64,000 nucleotides of DNA, from the IMG/VR virus record IMGVR_UViG_3300021405_000008. One strand, 5' to 3'. Shown here piece after piece: positions 45,696-54,644 of this stretch. Numbering within the stretch: position 1 is the stretch's first letter; each line of letters begins with the position of its first letter. This stretch comes from a virus. Its lineage: Duplodnaviria > Heunggongvirae > Uroviricota > Caudoviricetes. The position numbers and the translations under genes were made by a program. Under the pieces are notes generated by a model that was not told the DNA's origin, searched no databases, and saw nothing but the letters and a program-made list of their open reading frames with translations.

Positions 45696-46727
45696 CTAGC
45701 TCCAGCAGTGCACGTAGTCGATGACCATCTTGGCTGATGGGAGCAGAGACGGGTTCGGGTTAACGCTGTTCGTACCGGTGCCGTTGGTCGCGATGTTGAG
45801 CAGACAGTACGAGCCACCGTTGTTGTCGAACGGCCACGGCGTAAGATTGGACGGCGTGGCGGATGCATACAGGGTATTGTCAATGAACAGTTGTACCGAA
45901 CCCTTTGCCCAGTCCAGGCGATAGGTATGGAACCCGCCGTCCATCTGGTTACTAGCGCGGCCACCCTGGCTAGCGGTAGCGATGCCGTTCCAGATTGTGC
46001 CCTCGGTGAAACCGGTACCGTAGTTCTCCATGACGTCGATCTCGCCGCAGCCCGGCCAGGAGCCTTCACCGAGCAGCCAGAACGCAGGCCAGCATCCCGG
46101 CACATTCGGTACCGCAATGGATGCCTCCCAGTGTCCGAACTGCTGGTGGAAGTTGCTCTTAATCCTCGCGCTGTTGAACCCGCCGCCGTCGGCCGGGGTG
46201 ACAGCAATAACGAGGTGCCCGTTGCCGTCGAGATAAGAGTTGGCAGTTGACTTGACGTAGTTCTCGGTCTCATTGTTTCCGCCGATAGAGGCCCCAGAAC
46301 CGACATCCCAAAGCCAGTTGGTCGCGCTGGGCAGTGTGCCCGCAGGGCCGTTGAACTCATCGGCAAAGGTGTACGTCGGAGGAGGTGTAACCACCACGGG
46401 CGGCGGGGTAGTCGCCGGGGGCTGGTGTGCGAAAGCTGGCTGCCCCCAACTACAAACCGGGGCCGTAGTTGCCGTGTGCTCGCCTACTGCGTTTCGAGTC
46501 CTCATTGATATCTCCGCATCTGATCCGGCCACTATTAGACCGGCAGCCGATATGCCGATTGTTGCCAGGAACCTCCTGCGGTCCCTGATTCTTACCTGCT
46601 GCGCCTCAGAAACTTCGGCCGAGGTAGGCCCCCGATCGCTGAACAGAATGCGATCGCGGTATTTATGTAGAGGAAGATGTATGCGCCATTTATTACGTCG
46701 TGGGCTGTCAATTGGATTCACCTCCAT
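45696..46727 (-). CDS. secreted glycoside hydrolase family 16 (beta-glucanase/laminarinase-like) with Tat signal
   Basis: 343 aa; DRRRFLATIGISAAGLIVAGS twin-arginine signal; GH16 catalytic GEIDVMENYG. Confidence 0.75.
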   Translation of the reverse strand: MEVNPIDSPRRNKWRIHLPLHKYRDRILFSDRGPTSAEVSEAQQVRIRDRRRFLATIGISAAGLIVAGSDAEISMRTRNAVGEHTATTAPVCSWGQPAFAHQPPATTPPPVVVTPPPTYTFADEFNGPAGTLPSATNWLWDVGSGASIGGNNETENYVKSTANSYLDGNGHLVIAVTPADGGGFNSARIKSNFHQQFGHWEASIAVPNVPGCWPAFWLLGEGSWPGCGEIDVMENYGTGFTEGTIWNGIATASQGGRASNQMDGGFHTYRLDWAKGSVQLFIDNTLYASATPSNLTPWPFDNNGGSYCLLNIATNGTGTNSVNPNPSLLPSAKMVIDYVHCWS

Positions 46728-47812
46728 GCCCAGGACTGTGACAACAAGTAGCCATTAATGGCAGACTTGAAGTCGGACAGTGTATCGAGTGCGTGAATTT
46801 CATAGCGGAACCGCTCGTTGCGAATGCCATTCCGCGTCGGGTCTTGGACGAATGCCGCGTGGAACGTGGTGGCGGCGTAGGAAACTAGCCATCCGCTTGG
46901 CCCGTCGTAACTCTCGTATGCTGTGCAGGTCTTCGGACAGGTATAGCCCAGGTCGGAGTATGGCACGACCCAGGCATCCCCGTTGAAACGACTGCCCAGC
47001 TCCGAGGTCAGCTCGGCAATGCCATCTGACATCTCCGACTTGACCCGGATAGTGTATGCTGCGTCGCTCTCGCCAGGTAGCTTACAGGCATTGAAGGCGA
47101 AGCAGTTCTTGTCATAGTCTTGCTGGTAATGCCCGTCCTGCCCAGCCTCGATACTAAACGAGTAGACGCTTGGACTTAGGGCCTTGAGCTGTGGCCATGT
47201 CAGATCCCATCCAATGTCGCCCTTTGGGCACTCCGGCTGGACATTTACCCCGCTGATCTTTGGGCCGCATTTGCCATTCGCGCCATCCGCGAACCCGGTC
47301 ACGAGGAATGCGACGGCTGTGAAACGGTAGTGGTAGAGGATCGGCTGTGCTCCCTCTAGGAAGTCACCGATGCCATTGTCTACCGTGATGAAGAATGGCT
47401 TCGTGGGTAGCTTGTACTGCTTGTTTGCTAGCCAAGCGAGGTACTGACTCATTGTCACTGTGTGGTAGCCCTGATCGTACATCCAGGCCATCTCGGCCGT
47501 GAACTGGGATGTACTCACGCTCTCATAGTCATGTGATTGGCAGATCGGAGCAGATGCCGCACAGTCATTATCCATCTCGTGATATACTAGGACCGGGACC
47601 TGCGATGCGGTGGCTACCGGAACCTTATGGCCGGCTACCTGCTTGACGCTCGCCAGGGTTGATGCCGGGGCGGTTGCCGATGATGATTCTGTATTGCTAG
47701 ATCCATACGTGAGCACCACGGTGTGTATCACCAGCATAGAGCCAGCGATTATGACTACTAGAATGGTGGAGAAGATGCCTATCATCATGTAACGGCGGCG
47801 ACGGAAGCTCAT
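46718..47812 (-). CDS. membrane-anchored polysaccharide deacetylase (CE4/NodB-like)
   Basis: Start at MSFRRRRYMM (ATGA coupling to upstream stop); TM; PVLVYHEM…FITVDNG NodB-homology-like motifs. Confidence 0.6.
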   Translation of the reverse strand: MSFRRRRYMMIGIFSTILVVIIAGSMLVIHTVVLTYGSSNTESSSATAPASTLASVKQVAGHKVPVATASQVPVLVYHEMDNDCAASAPICQSHDYESVSTSQFTAEMAWMYDQGYHTVTMSQYLAWLANKQYKLPTKPFFITVDNGIGDFLEGAQPILYHYRFTAVAFLVTGFADGANGKCGPKISGVNVQPECPKGDIGWDLTWPQLKALSPSVYSFSIEAGQDGHYQQDYDKNCFAFNACKLPGESDAAYTIRVKSEMSDGIAELTSELGSRFNGDAWVVPYSDLGYTCPKTCTAYESYDGPSGWLVSYAATTFHAAFVQDPTRNGIRNERFRYEIHALDTLSDFKSAINGYLLSQSWAWR

Positions 47813-49050
47813 GAGTCGATACCCACCTTCATCGCTTCGGCCTGCATGCCCTCGGCTTTGTACTGCGGGGCCCATAGATCGCCCATAGATGCACTTAGCA
47901 CCTTGTACCAGCTCACTACGCCCCAGGCGATAGCAATCAGGTTATAGATGATCATGTGCACGAGGAGGACCGCTAGCAGGGTATCTTTCCAGTCGCGCGC
48001 CCAGTCGTGTCCTCGGATGCGTCGGACATGGATGAATTCCACTAGCATGAGGAATCCCGTCAGTAGCTGCCACTTCCAGTTGAAGCGCCCGGGGTCGACG
48101 ATTGCCTCGGTACCGTTCAGGGCAGTCCATATCATCCAGAAGCTGATGTTCATGAACAGGAATCCGCGCTGTAGCCACTCGCGGTAGTTCAGGCGATTGC
48201 ACCCGAATCGAAGCAAGTCACCGCATGTGCCGGCTTCCCACTTGATACGCTGATACCAGAGTGACTTCCATGTCTTCATGCTACCGGTGTAGCAGAAGAC
48301 CGTTTCCGACATCCAGCATTTCCAGCCCTTCTGCCGGAGTCGGTATGTGAGGTGGTAGTCCTCGACTACGCTTTCGTAAGTCCAGGGGCCTTCCTGGTTC
48401 GGACGGGCGGCCACTGCTTGTAGAGCGATATTCCGGAACGCGCATCCAGTACCAGATATCACCCGGCACCAGCCACGGCTTAGGGTCTGTGTTGCGCTCT
48501 TTGCGAACTCGTACCTTTGCAGCCTAGGCAGGTAGCCCTTGCCCGTCATGATTGGCTGACTCGATGACCCTCCAAGTTGGGGATCATTAGCGAACTCCGC
48601 TTCCCAGTCGGCTACCGCGTGCGGAGGCATCGTAGTATCACCATCAGCGCAGATGATGATGTCGGCGGTCTGGCAGTACTTGTTCCATGCCATGTTTAGT
48701 GCGCCGGACTTGCGGTGGGTGTTGCCTTCCGTTTCGATCACCCGGACACCGTACAGATTGGCGATTACTACAGTCCAGTCCGTAGAGTTATCCGAGATAA
48801 CGATAATGTCATCCAGTCTTCTAGTCTGATCTAGAAGAGACTGAATTGTATTGCCGATGTCCTCTTGCTCATTGTGGGCCGGGATGAGAGCTACAATCCT
48901 CGGCGATAGCTTGTGTGGCACGGTATTTGCCAGCATAGATTCTAGATCGCTGCGGGTGGTAATGTCGCAGGCTGAAACTGCTCTGGCTGGATTGGCATGG
49001 TTGGTAGTCCTTGCCCTCATCCAGGAAAACTCATCGTTGCTTGGAGTCAC
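47809..49050 (-). CDS. processive family-2 glycosyltransferase (PgaC/NodC/cellulose-synthase-like)
   Basis: 413 aa; IPAHNEQEDI, ICADGDT (D,D,D), QRIKW (Q-x-x-R-W) motifs; multiple C-terminal TM helices. Confidence 0.75.
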   Translation of the reverse strand: MTPSNDEFSWMRARTTNHANPARAVSACDITTRSDLESMLANTVPHKLSPRIVALIPAHNEQEDIGNTIQSLLDQTRRLDDIIVISDNSTDWTVVIANLYGVRVIETEGNTHRKSGALNMAWNKYCQTADIIICADGDTTMPPHAVADWEAEFANDPQLGGSSSQPIMTGKGYLPRLQRYEFAKSATQTLSRGWCRVISGTGCAFRNIALQAVAARPNQEGPWTYESVVEDYHLTYRLRQKGWKCWMSETVFCYTGSMKTWKSLWYQRIKWEAGTCGDLLRFGCNRLNYREWLQRGFLFMNISFWMIWTALNGTEAIVDPGRFNWKWQLLTGFLMLVEFIHVRRIRGHDWARDWKDTLLAVLLVHMIIYNLIAIAWGVVSWYKVLSASMGDLWAPQYKAEGMQAEAMKVGIDS

Positions 49051-49254
49051 TTGGTTTCCCTTTGGTTATCGGCTATTTAGTCAGCCGAAGATAGTAGATC
49101 TTGACCTTCTCTGGTTCTATCTCGATCTCGCAAATATTGATATCCTCAAACGGCTGCGGCTGCGGCGCTTGCTTGCCGCTTATATACCAGCGCCATTCGA
49201 CACTAATCATAGCCAAACTCTAGGATTGAGTGGGTCAGGCTCATTCCTGACATA

Positions 49255-49300
49255 GCACTCGGCTCGTGCCCGGGCGGGGTCACGAGCCGAGTGGCTTTTG
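49255..49300 (+). terminator. strong hairpin with T-run (terminator-like, + orientation)
   Basis: 13-bp perfect stem CACTCGGCTCGTG/CACGAGCCGAGTG then GCTTTTGT. Confidence 0.4.
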
Positions 49301-49591
49301 TCCGCTCGGCCCGTCCGAGCAACGGGCCGAGCAGAACCAGCCCCGCAATCGGTACTGCCCGAAGCTATGCCTTTGCCGTCCCAGAGGAGGAGATTCGACA
49401 TTGGCTAGACTCTCCGTTCAGTCCGTTCGCGGGGCTGGTCTTTCCACCTCCCCTGATGCTCTGGACCCCAGCGTCACGACACGCTAGTTGCACCAGGGAA
49501 GCTTTGGCGGGACTCCTGAACTACGGGGTATCCAGGAGTCCCTGTCACTTTACCTGCCGAGGTGGGGCAGCAGGCAAAGCGGTCTAGCGGT

Positions 49592-49762
49592 TTAGTAGGG
49601 AGCTGCACCCTTCTTGCGGGTGACCGGGCGACCCCCGGCGGGCTTCGCAGTCGCAGCTGTGGCCTTGGCGGTAGCAGCCTTGGCGGCAGCCGGCCTAGCC
49701 TTGGTGGCGACCTTAGCGACTGGCGCAGCAGCCTTGGCCTTGGCAACCGGCTTGGCCGACGC
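49592..49762 (-). pseudogene. in-frame 57-codon Lys/Ala-rich continuation downstream of TAG (readthrough extension or recently truncated tail)
   Basis: Same frame stays open to TAA 49592-49594: ASAKPVAKAAAPVAKVATKARPAAAKAATAKATAATAKPAGGRPVTRKKGAAPY. Confidence 0.35.
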
Positions 49763-49789
49763 CTAGGCAACCGGCTTGGCCGACGCCTT
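49742..49789. repeat. perfect 24-bp tandem duplication differing at one base (Lys AAG vs stop TAG on - strand)
   Basis: ggcaaccggcttggccgacgcct(a/t) x2. Confidence 0.8.
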
Positions 49790-50296
49790 GGCGGCGGGCT
49801 TGGCCTTAGGCGCAGCAGCCTTGGCGGCCTTGGCCGCCGCAGCCTCGGCCTGACGCTCGGACCGGCGCTCCTTGTTGAAGGCCGATCGCTGGAACTCCAT
49901 GCGGGCAGTACCAGCGATGGCGACTAGGCGAACCGGGTCATCCGCGCCAACCTCAGCGATGGAAGTACCAGTGGGCTCGAAGATGGCGAAGTCCATCCAT
50001 GCAGCAAAGTCCTGCATGACGGGTGTGATGGGCTTGGATGCGTACGGGGTGTAGTCGGGGGTGTCGTCGTCTTCGTCATCCTCGTCGTCGTCATCCTCCT
50101 CTTCATCCTCGTCCTCATCCTCCTCCTCTTCATCCTCCTCTTCATCGTCCAGCTCGTCGTCCTCGTCTTCCAGTTCCTCGTCGTCTTCGTCTTCCAGTTC
50201 CTCGTCCTCCAGCTCCAGGTCGTCGTCGACCTCTTCTGGTTCCTCGACTGGCGCAGACTTGGCTTTGGACTTGGACGTGGCAGTGCGGGTGGCCAT
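49763..50296 (-). CDS. highly acidic protein (about 60-residue poly-Asp/Glu block) with Lys/Ala-rich C-terminus; alternative start 50686
   Basis: ATG 50296 preceded by GAAGGAGAAGG RBS; EEPEEVDDDLELEDEELEDEDDEELEDEDDELDDEEEDEEEEDEDEDEEEDDDDEDDEDDD; ends AKPVAKASAKPVA at TAG. Confidence 0.5.
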   Translation of the reverse strand: MATRTATSKSKAKSAPVEEPEEVDDDLELEDEELEDEDDEELEDEDDELDDEEEDEEEEDEDEDEEEDDDDEDDEDDDTPDYTPYASKPITPVMQDFAAWMDFAIFEPTGTSIAEVGADDPVRLVAIAGTARMEFQRSAFNKERRSERQAEAAAAKAAKAAAPKAKPAAKASAKPVA

Positions 50297-50666
50297 AACC
50301 TTCTCCTTCAGGGGTCTTACATTTTTGAGACGTAGTGGAGCGATAGGCTTATCGTACCGTACCGCCGGACGCGCCGCTACCGGAACGGGGCGATGAGGTC
50401 GATTACTTTCGGTATTTCCGGGGCCATGCTCAAGGATTATCGACGCGAGTGACCCCTCTTCAATGAGGAATCGGGCGGGCTCTCGGCTTCTGACATGGAC
50501 CGCAAAATACCCCTGACTAGACGACCTGGCCGATATCCCATAGTTCCAGGCGGATCGCACAAGCATCCCCGCAGCATCAGGTGTCTCTTCATATTTCTCC
50601 TTGATGTACTGCTCTGCGGATCGGCCGGTCATGGGCCTGGTGAGCGCCCCATATATCTTCCAGCCA

Positions 50667-50891
50667 TTAATCCTCGTCAGTGACATCTGCCTCGGACACC
50701 TCCTGGAACACCCTGGACTCTGTGTGGATGATATTAATGTTTCGGTCCTCTGCCCCGATAGCTATCTCTGCTGACAACTCGGCCGCACTCGTGGCATGAA
50801 TAATCTTGCCCCACGATATGGCATCGAGTGGCTTGTTCATTGGGCGGATCACTCGGTATATGACCGACCGCTCGATGATTACTTCGCTCAT
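50667..50891 (-). CDS. hypothetical protein
   Basis: 74 aa ORF. Confidence 0.3.
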   Translation of the reverse strand: MSEVIIERSVIYRVIRPMNKPLDAISWGKIIHATSAAELSAEIAIGAEDRNINIIHTESRVFQEVSEADVTDED

Positions 50892-51649
50892 AACAGTATA
50901 ACCCTTCCTATGAGGGCGTCCATGGCTTCCTCGACCCCCAGTGTTCCGTTTCTTGCCCGACGAGTTATGCTAGCCATCTTCAGGCAGCCCTGGTACTGCC
51001 AGCAGCCCTGCCAGTAGACTCGCTTCCGGTACTTCGCGTGTAGCTTCCGCATACCGGGTAGATTATCATCATCAATCGCTGGCCAGATATCATGCCAGGC
51101 GAAATCCCATTTAGTCCCACGTGGCCATTGCATATCATATGCATCGCCACTATGAATGGTAACCCTGTCATCTGTTATGAGTGGCCTAACAAGATCAACA
51201 ATTGCTTCGTTATGTTCCACAACGTCAATGTGTGATATCTTGTACTGGAGTGCACCGTGTACTGCTACACCAAGACCAAGCCCGTTAATGAGCAGCCTAA
51301 TGCCAGGACCACTATCCAATTCGGCCCACCAGAGCCTATTGAACAATGGTGTGTGTTCCATTATCTCGGCCCGAGTATCACTCATCCATATCTTACGGAG
51401 ATTAGAACCATTTTCACCAGCACCAGGCACAGTCTCGACTAGTCTAGTGAATGTACCCGAGCCCGGGTCACGATCCATACCTTCCTTAGCTATGATCTCT
51501 GCCCTATGCTTGTCAATCTTGCCGATGCTGAATTTCTCAATGGAGAATCTGCCGAGCTTGGCTTCTGGATAATTCAGCTGGAATTTCTTCCATTCTGTAT
51601 TCGCATCTAGCTGATCGATAGCTTCCCTGACAGTTATCATTTTCCCCAT
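50888..51649 (-). CDS. hypothetical protein, possible Rossmann-fold SAM methyltransferase
   Basis: 253 aa; LLINGLGLGVAVHG…DVVEHN…HSGDAYD. Confidence 0.35.
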   Translation of the reverse strand: MGKMITVREAIDQLDANTEWKKFQLNYPEAKLGRFSIEKFSIGKIDKHRAEIIAKEGMDRDPGSGTFTRLVETVPGAGENGSNLRKIWMSDTRAEIMEHTPLFNRLWWAELDSGPGIRLLINGLGLGVAVHGALQYKISHIDVVEHNEAIVDLVRPLITDDRVTIHSGDAYDMQWPRGTKWDFAWHDIWPAIDDDNLPGMRKLHAKYRKRVYWQGCWQYQGCLKMASITRRARNGTLGVEEAMDALIGRVILL

Positions 51650-53589
51650 CGGACTGCCTCCAAGGCTGCTACCTCGCGTGCCTTCGGCTTAGACGACTGT
51701 ACCACTGCGCGCTGCTCGTCTGTGTTGACTGCGATCCATTCTTCTACGGTGCCTATGCTGATAGGACGATGTACGGTCACCTGGTGCATACGCGATACCC
51801 TGTGGATTCGCGAGACGAGCTGGAACTGTGCATCATCCGTCCAGAGTGGGTCCATGATTACCATTTCATCGCAGCAGGCATCAAGGGTGATCGACTCACC
51901 GCCTGCCTTCGAGTTGAGGATGGCCACCTGTACCTCGCTGTCCGGGTCATTGAACTGCTGGACTAGCTCCAGGCGCTTCCGGTCGCTGGTAGCCCCGGTT
52001 AGCGTCAGTGTGTGAATGCCGGCATCATTCAGTATCCCCTCAATCAGGTGCACTATCTGCGTGAATGAGGATGCCACGATTATCTTGGCGTCGCTACCCT
52101 CGCGCTCCTCCATGAACTGCATGAACCAGTCGATCTTATTTGACGGCAGAGCGGGCCTGAAGTCCTCGCCATCCATCCTGCCATATGTGATCGCAAATTG
52201 CCGAAGTCTTGATATCTCCGCGAGCGTGCCATTGGCCATAAGCCTGCCATTAAGAATATGGGCCTCGGCCAGATCGGCCATCTCTCGGTATGCTCGGTGC
52301 TGCTTCGGCTCCATATCTAGCCAGATGTAATTGCTGCTATTGTCTGATATCAAGCTAGGTGTCCCTGTGTATATGATCGGGGGCAGGTCGGGCGCTGCCA
52401 TCTCTTTGGTACGTGCGAGGTAGTATGGCCGGATAGCCGCATCCCATGCAGCATCGTCGAGTGGCTTCGGAACCTTGGCCGGCTTGCCTTTAGCGTCGGG
52501 CTGTATCACCTTGGAGTAGCGACCTTCCGTTACTCCAAAATGGGTTTCGGCAAATCTCCAGTAGCTCCCGAACACGTCGGGGCGGCACCAGTTCAGTGTT
52601 CCCCAGAGCCTGGTCAGATTTGATTTGCCAGGAGTTCCAGATAGCGCGATAGCAAGACCACCATCCTTACTAACTCGCTTTCGGAGCAGAATCGCGCCAT
52701 ACCGGCCTTGTGTGATTCGCTTGCTCTGCACGTTAGCGGTAGAGGCAAGCATATTGTGAGCCTCATCGATGACGACCGCATCCCATGTCTGCTCGAATAG
52801 GAATGGCCATTCATGTTCGACTATTGTCTTATGCTTCTTCATGTGATCGCTGTCTTCGAGACATTCCATGGGCCACTTACTCTTAACCTGCTCCACGCCA
52901 TCAGGGCAGATCTCAATCCGCTTGGCCCTGATCATCTCGTTATTAATGATGAGCATCTTACGACCACCAGTGTGATAATAGAATGCCTTCATGACATCCT
53001 CACGCTGCTGGTGAGAGCCCTGGGCCACGAATGTGGCTATCCCCGGGGCCCATCGGTTGACCTCACGCTCCCATGTGGCATAGGTCGCGGTACGCGGGCA
53101 GCCGACAAGGATGTTCTTGGCATCACATTCAATCAATGTAGCTATAGTCTGCAAGGTTTTGCCGAGGCCGGGCTCATCACCGAGGATGCCCTGGCCCGCC
53201 AATGTCATGAATCCAACACCGCTAGCCTGGTACGGACGATCCTCAATGGCGGCCGCCAGGAATGGGGCCTCTTCATGTGTCCGGCTCAGCTTGACCGTAG
53301 CGCCGGATCGCATCTCTTCTAGCATCTCGCCAGCCTTGATGGCGGCGCGAGCCCAGTCAGAAAGAGGCTGCCGGATGGTCAGCTGCGCGCCGAACACGCG
53401 GCGGAAGGACCGGCAGGTGTCCATGGTAAGCGGGTACTGCCAGCAGACAAACTTATCCTTCTGTCCTTCCCGCTTCTCATACTTTGGCTTCGCGCCCGGC
53501 ACCATCTTCGCCCAGTCCTTGCCAGCGCCGCCCGCATACGGGATCTTGGCGAGTACATACTCGCCATCAGTGGTAATATCAGCCTGCAT
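51637..53589 (-). CDS. SNF2-family DNA helicase/translocase
   Basis: 650 aa; Walker A GDEPGLGKT, DEAH box VVIDEAHNM, C-terminal helicase motifs. Confidence 0.85.
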   Translation of the reverse strand: MQADITTDGEYVLAKIPYAGGAGKDWAKMVPGAKPKYEKREGQKDKFVCWQYPLTMDTCRSFRRVFGAQLTIRQPLSDWARAAIKAGEMLEEMRSGATVKLSRTHEEAPFLAAAIEDRPYQASGVGFMTLAGQGILGDEPGLGKTLQTIATLIECDAKNILVGCPRTATYATWEREVNRWAPGIATFVAQGSHQQREDVMKAFYYHTGGRKMLIINNEMIRAKRIEICPDGVEQVKSKWPMECLEDSDHMKKHKTIVEHEWPFLFEQTWDAVVIDEAHNMLASTANVQSKRITQGRYGAILLRKRVSKDGGLAIALSGTPGKSNLTRLWGTLNWCRPDVFGSYWRFAETHFGVTEGRYSKVIQPDAKGKPAKVPKPLDDAAWDAAIRPYYLARTKEMAAPDLPPIIYTGTPSLISDNSSNYIWLDMEPKQHRAYREMADLAEAHILNGRLMANGTLAEISRLRQFAITYGRMDGEDFRPALPSNKIDWFMQFMEEREGSDAKIIVASSFTQIVHLIEGILNDAGIHTLTLTGATSDRKRLELVQQFNDPDSEVQVAILNSKAGGESITLDACCDEMVIMDPLWTDDAQFQLVSRIHRVSRMHQVTVHRPISIGTVEEWIAVNTDEQRAVVQSSKPKAREVAALEAVRWGK

Positions 53590-53594
53590 AGTTC

Positions 53595-53690
53595 ATCGCC
53601 TCGTTGCTATGAGTCCGATAATTATTGCCAGTTCAGCCACTATTACGATCAGCAGCAGTATTACTCCCTGCTCGAATCCTGGTACCATGA
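53595..53690 (-). CDS. hydrophobic micropeptide (31 aa)
   Basis: MVPGFEQGVILLLIVIVAELAIIIGLIATRR; AGGAG RBS 6 nt upstream; below ORF-track cutoff. Confidence 0.3.
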
Positions 53691-53691
53691 T

Positions 53692-54039
53692 TTACTCCTG
53701 AAATATATCTGGATGGGCGTACTTGCCCGTGTTTGCGTTCTTGTCCCATCCCTCGGGATCTGTATCGTCTGCGCCGTCCCACTTCGCTGCGGCCTCGATC
53801 GTGCGAAGGAAGTTGAACAGCCCCTTGCCGTAGTAGCACCAGTTACGATCATACGTCATCGGGCTGTCTTTCGGCTGACGGCTAATCCGGAAGCTGAATA
53901 TCAGCCTAGTTTGCACGACTATATTATGGGTTGGTGTTTCCTTGACTACGAACTCGCCACTATCTTCTCTGAATGTAATTGGAGTATCGTGCAAGACGCT
54001 CAGGGCTTCCGCCATAGTGCGATCTATCATGGCTCCCAT
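53692..54039 (-). CDS. hypothetical protein
   Basis: 115 aa ORF. Confidence 0.35.
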   Translation of the reverse strand: MGAMIDRTMAEALSVLHDTPITFREDSGEFVVKETPTHNIVVQTRLIFSFRISRQPKDSPMTYDRNWCYYGKGLFNFLRTIEAAAKWDGADDTDPEGWDKNANTGKYAHPDIFQE

Positions 54040-54368
54040 TCCCTATTGATAGGCTCCGGCCTTGGCACTCCGGCACCCAATGATGCTACAATACGGTTCA
54101 TCCTGCGCCGAAGCATATAGATTCGCCAGTAACACCAAGGCGTATTGTTGGCATTCTCGCGCAGCTCCGGAATTGCCTGCCTGATGTCAATGACCAGTGC
54201 TTCCAACTGGTTTGCGGCTGCGACTGCCTTCTCGGTCATAGCTCGCCGCGCCCCACGAGGTATACAGTCCGAGTTGCTTTGCTGGCCCGGGGCTTCCGGC
54301 CTACGCCCAGATTCAGGATGGTCTGATTCGGCCGATCCTTCGGCAATACGGCCGGCCAGCTCTCGCAA
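54027..54368 (-). CDS. hypothetical protein
   Basis: 113 aa ORF. Confidence 0.35.
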   Translation of the reverse strand: MRELAGRIAEGSAESDHPESGRRPEAPGQQSNSDCIPRGARRAMTEKAVAAANQLEALVIDIRQAIPELRENANNTPWCYWRIYMLRRRMNRIVASLGAGVPRPEPINREWEP

Positions 54369-54401
54369 CCATCCTGCTCGAATGGATGGTCATCCTTGCA
54401 C

Positions 54402-54644
54402 TTACGGCAATACCGAGTTTCCATTATCACCATCCATCGCATTTACGTAGTCTTGGGTTAGCTCATGCATAGCTAGCATGGCATCATCGCCACGCATGAA
54501 ATTAGCGGTGGCGATCCGCTCGGCCTCGTCCGCATCCGTAGCGAACACAGCGCCAAGCACGAACATGAAACAGTGAAGTCCAGTGGCGGACTTGTACCCA
54601 TCGTTGGTAGATCTACTGGTTTGTATCACGTCTATTGGGGGCAT
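54402..54644 (-). CDS. hypothetical protein
   Basis: 80 aa ORF. Confidence 0.3.
   Translation of the reverse strand: MPPIDVIQTSRSTNDGYKSATGLHCFMFVLGAVFATDADEAERIATANFMRGDDAMLAMHELTQDYVNAMDGDNGNSVLP

Noticed and set aside
48851-49255. 134-aa + strand ORF overlapping the 5' end of the GT2 gene
   Set aside because: It runs antisense to the N-terminal catalytic region of a well-supported GT2 gene, and its product looks like non-coding translation (Leu/Arg-rich). The terminator-like hairpin just after it is noted separately.
49474-49770. 98-aa Arg/Pro-rich minus-strand ORF and + strand ORFs 49266-49587
   Set aside because: They are GC-rich low-complexity frames without start context. The region is better explained as a hairpin-rich non-coding interval and/or the in-frame Lys/Ala extension of the acidic protein.
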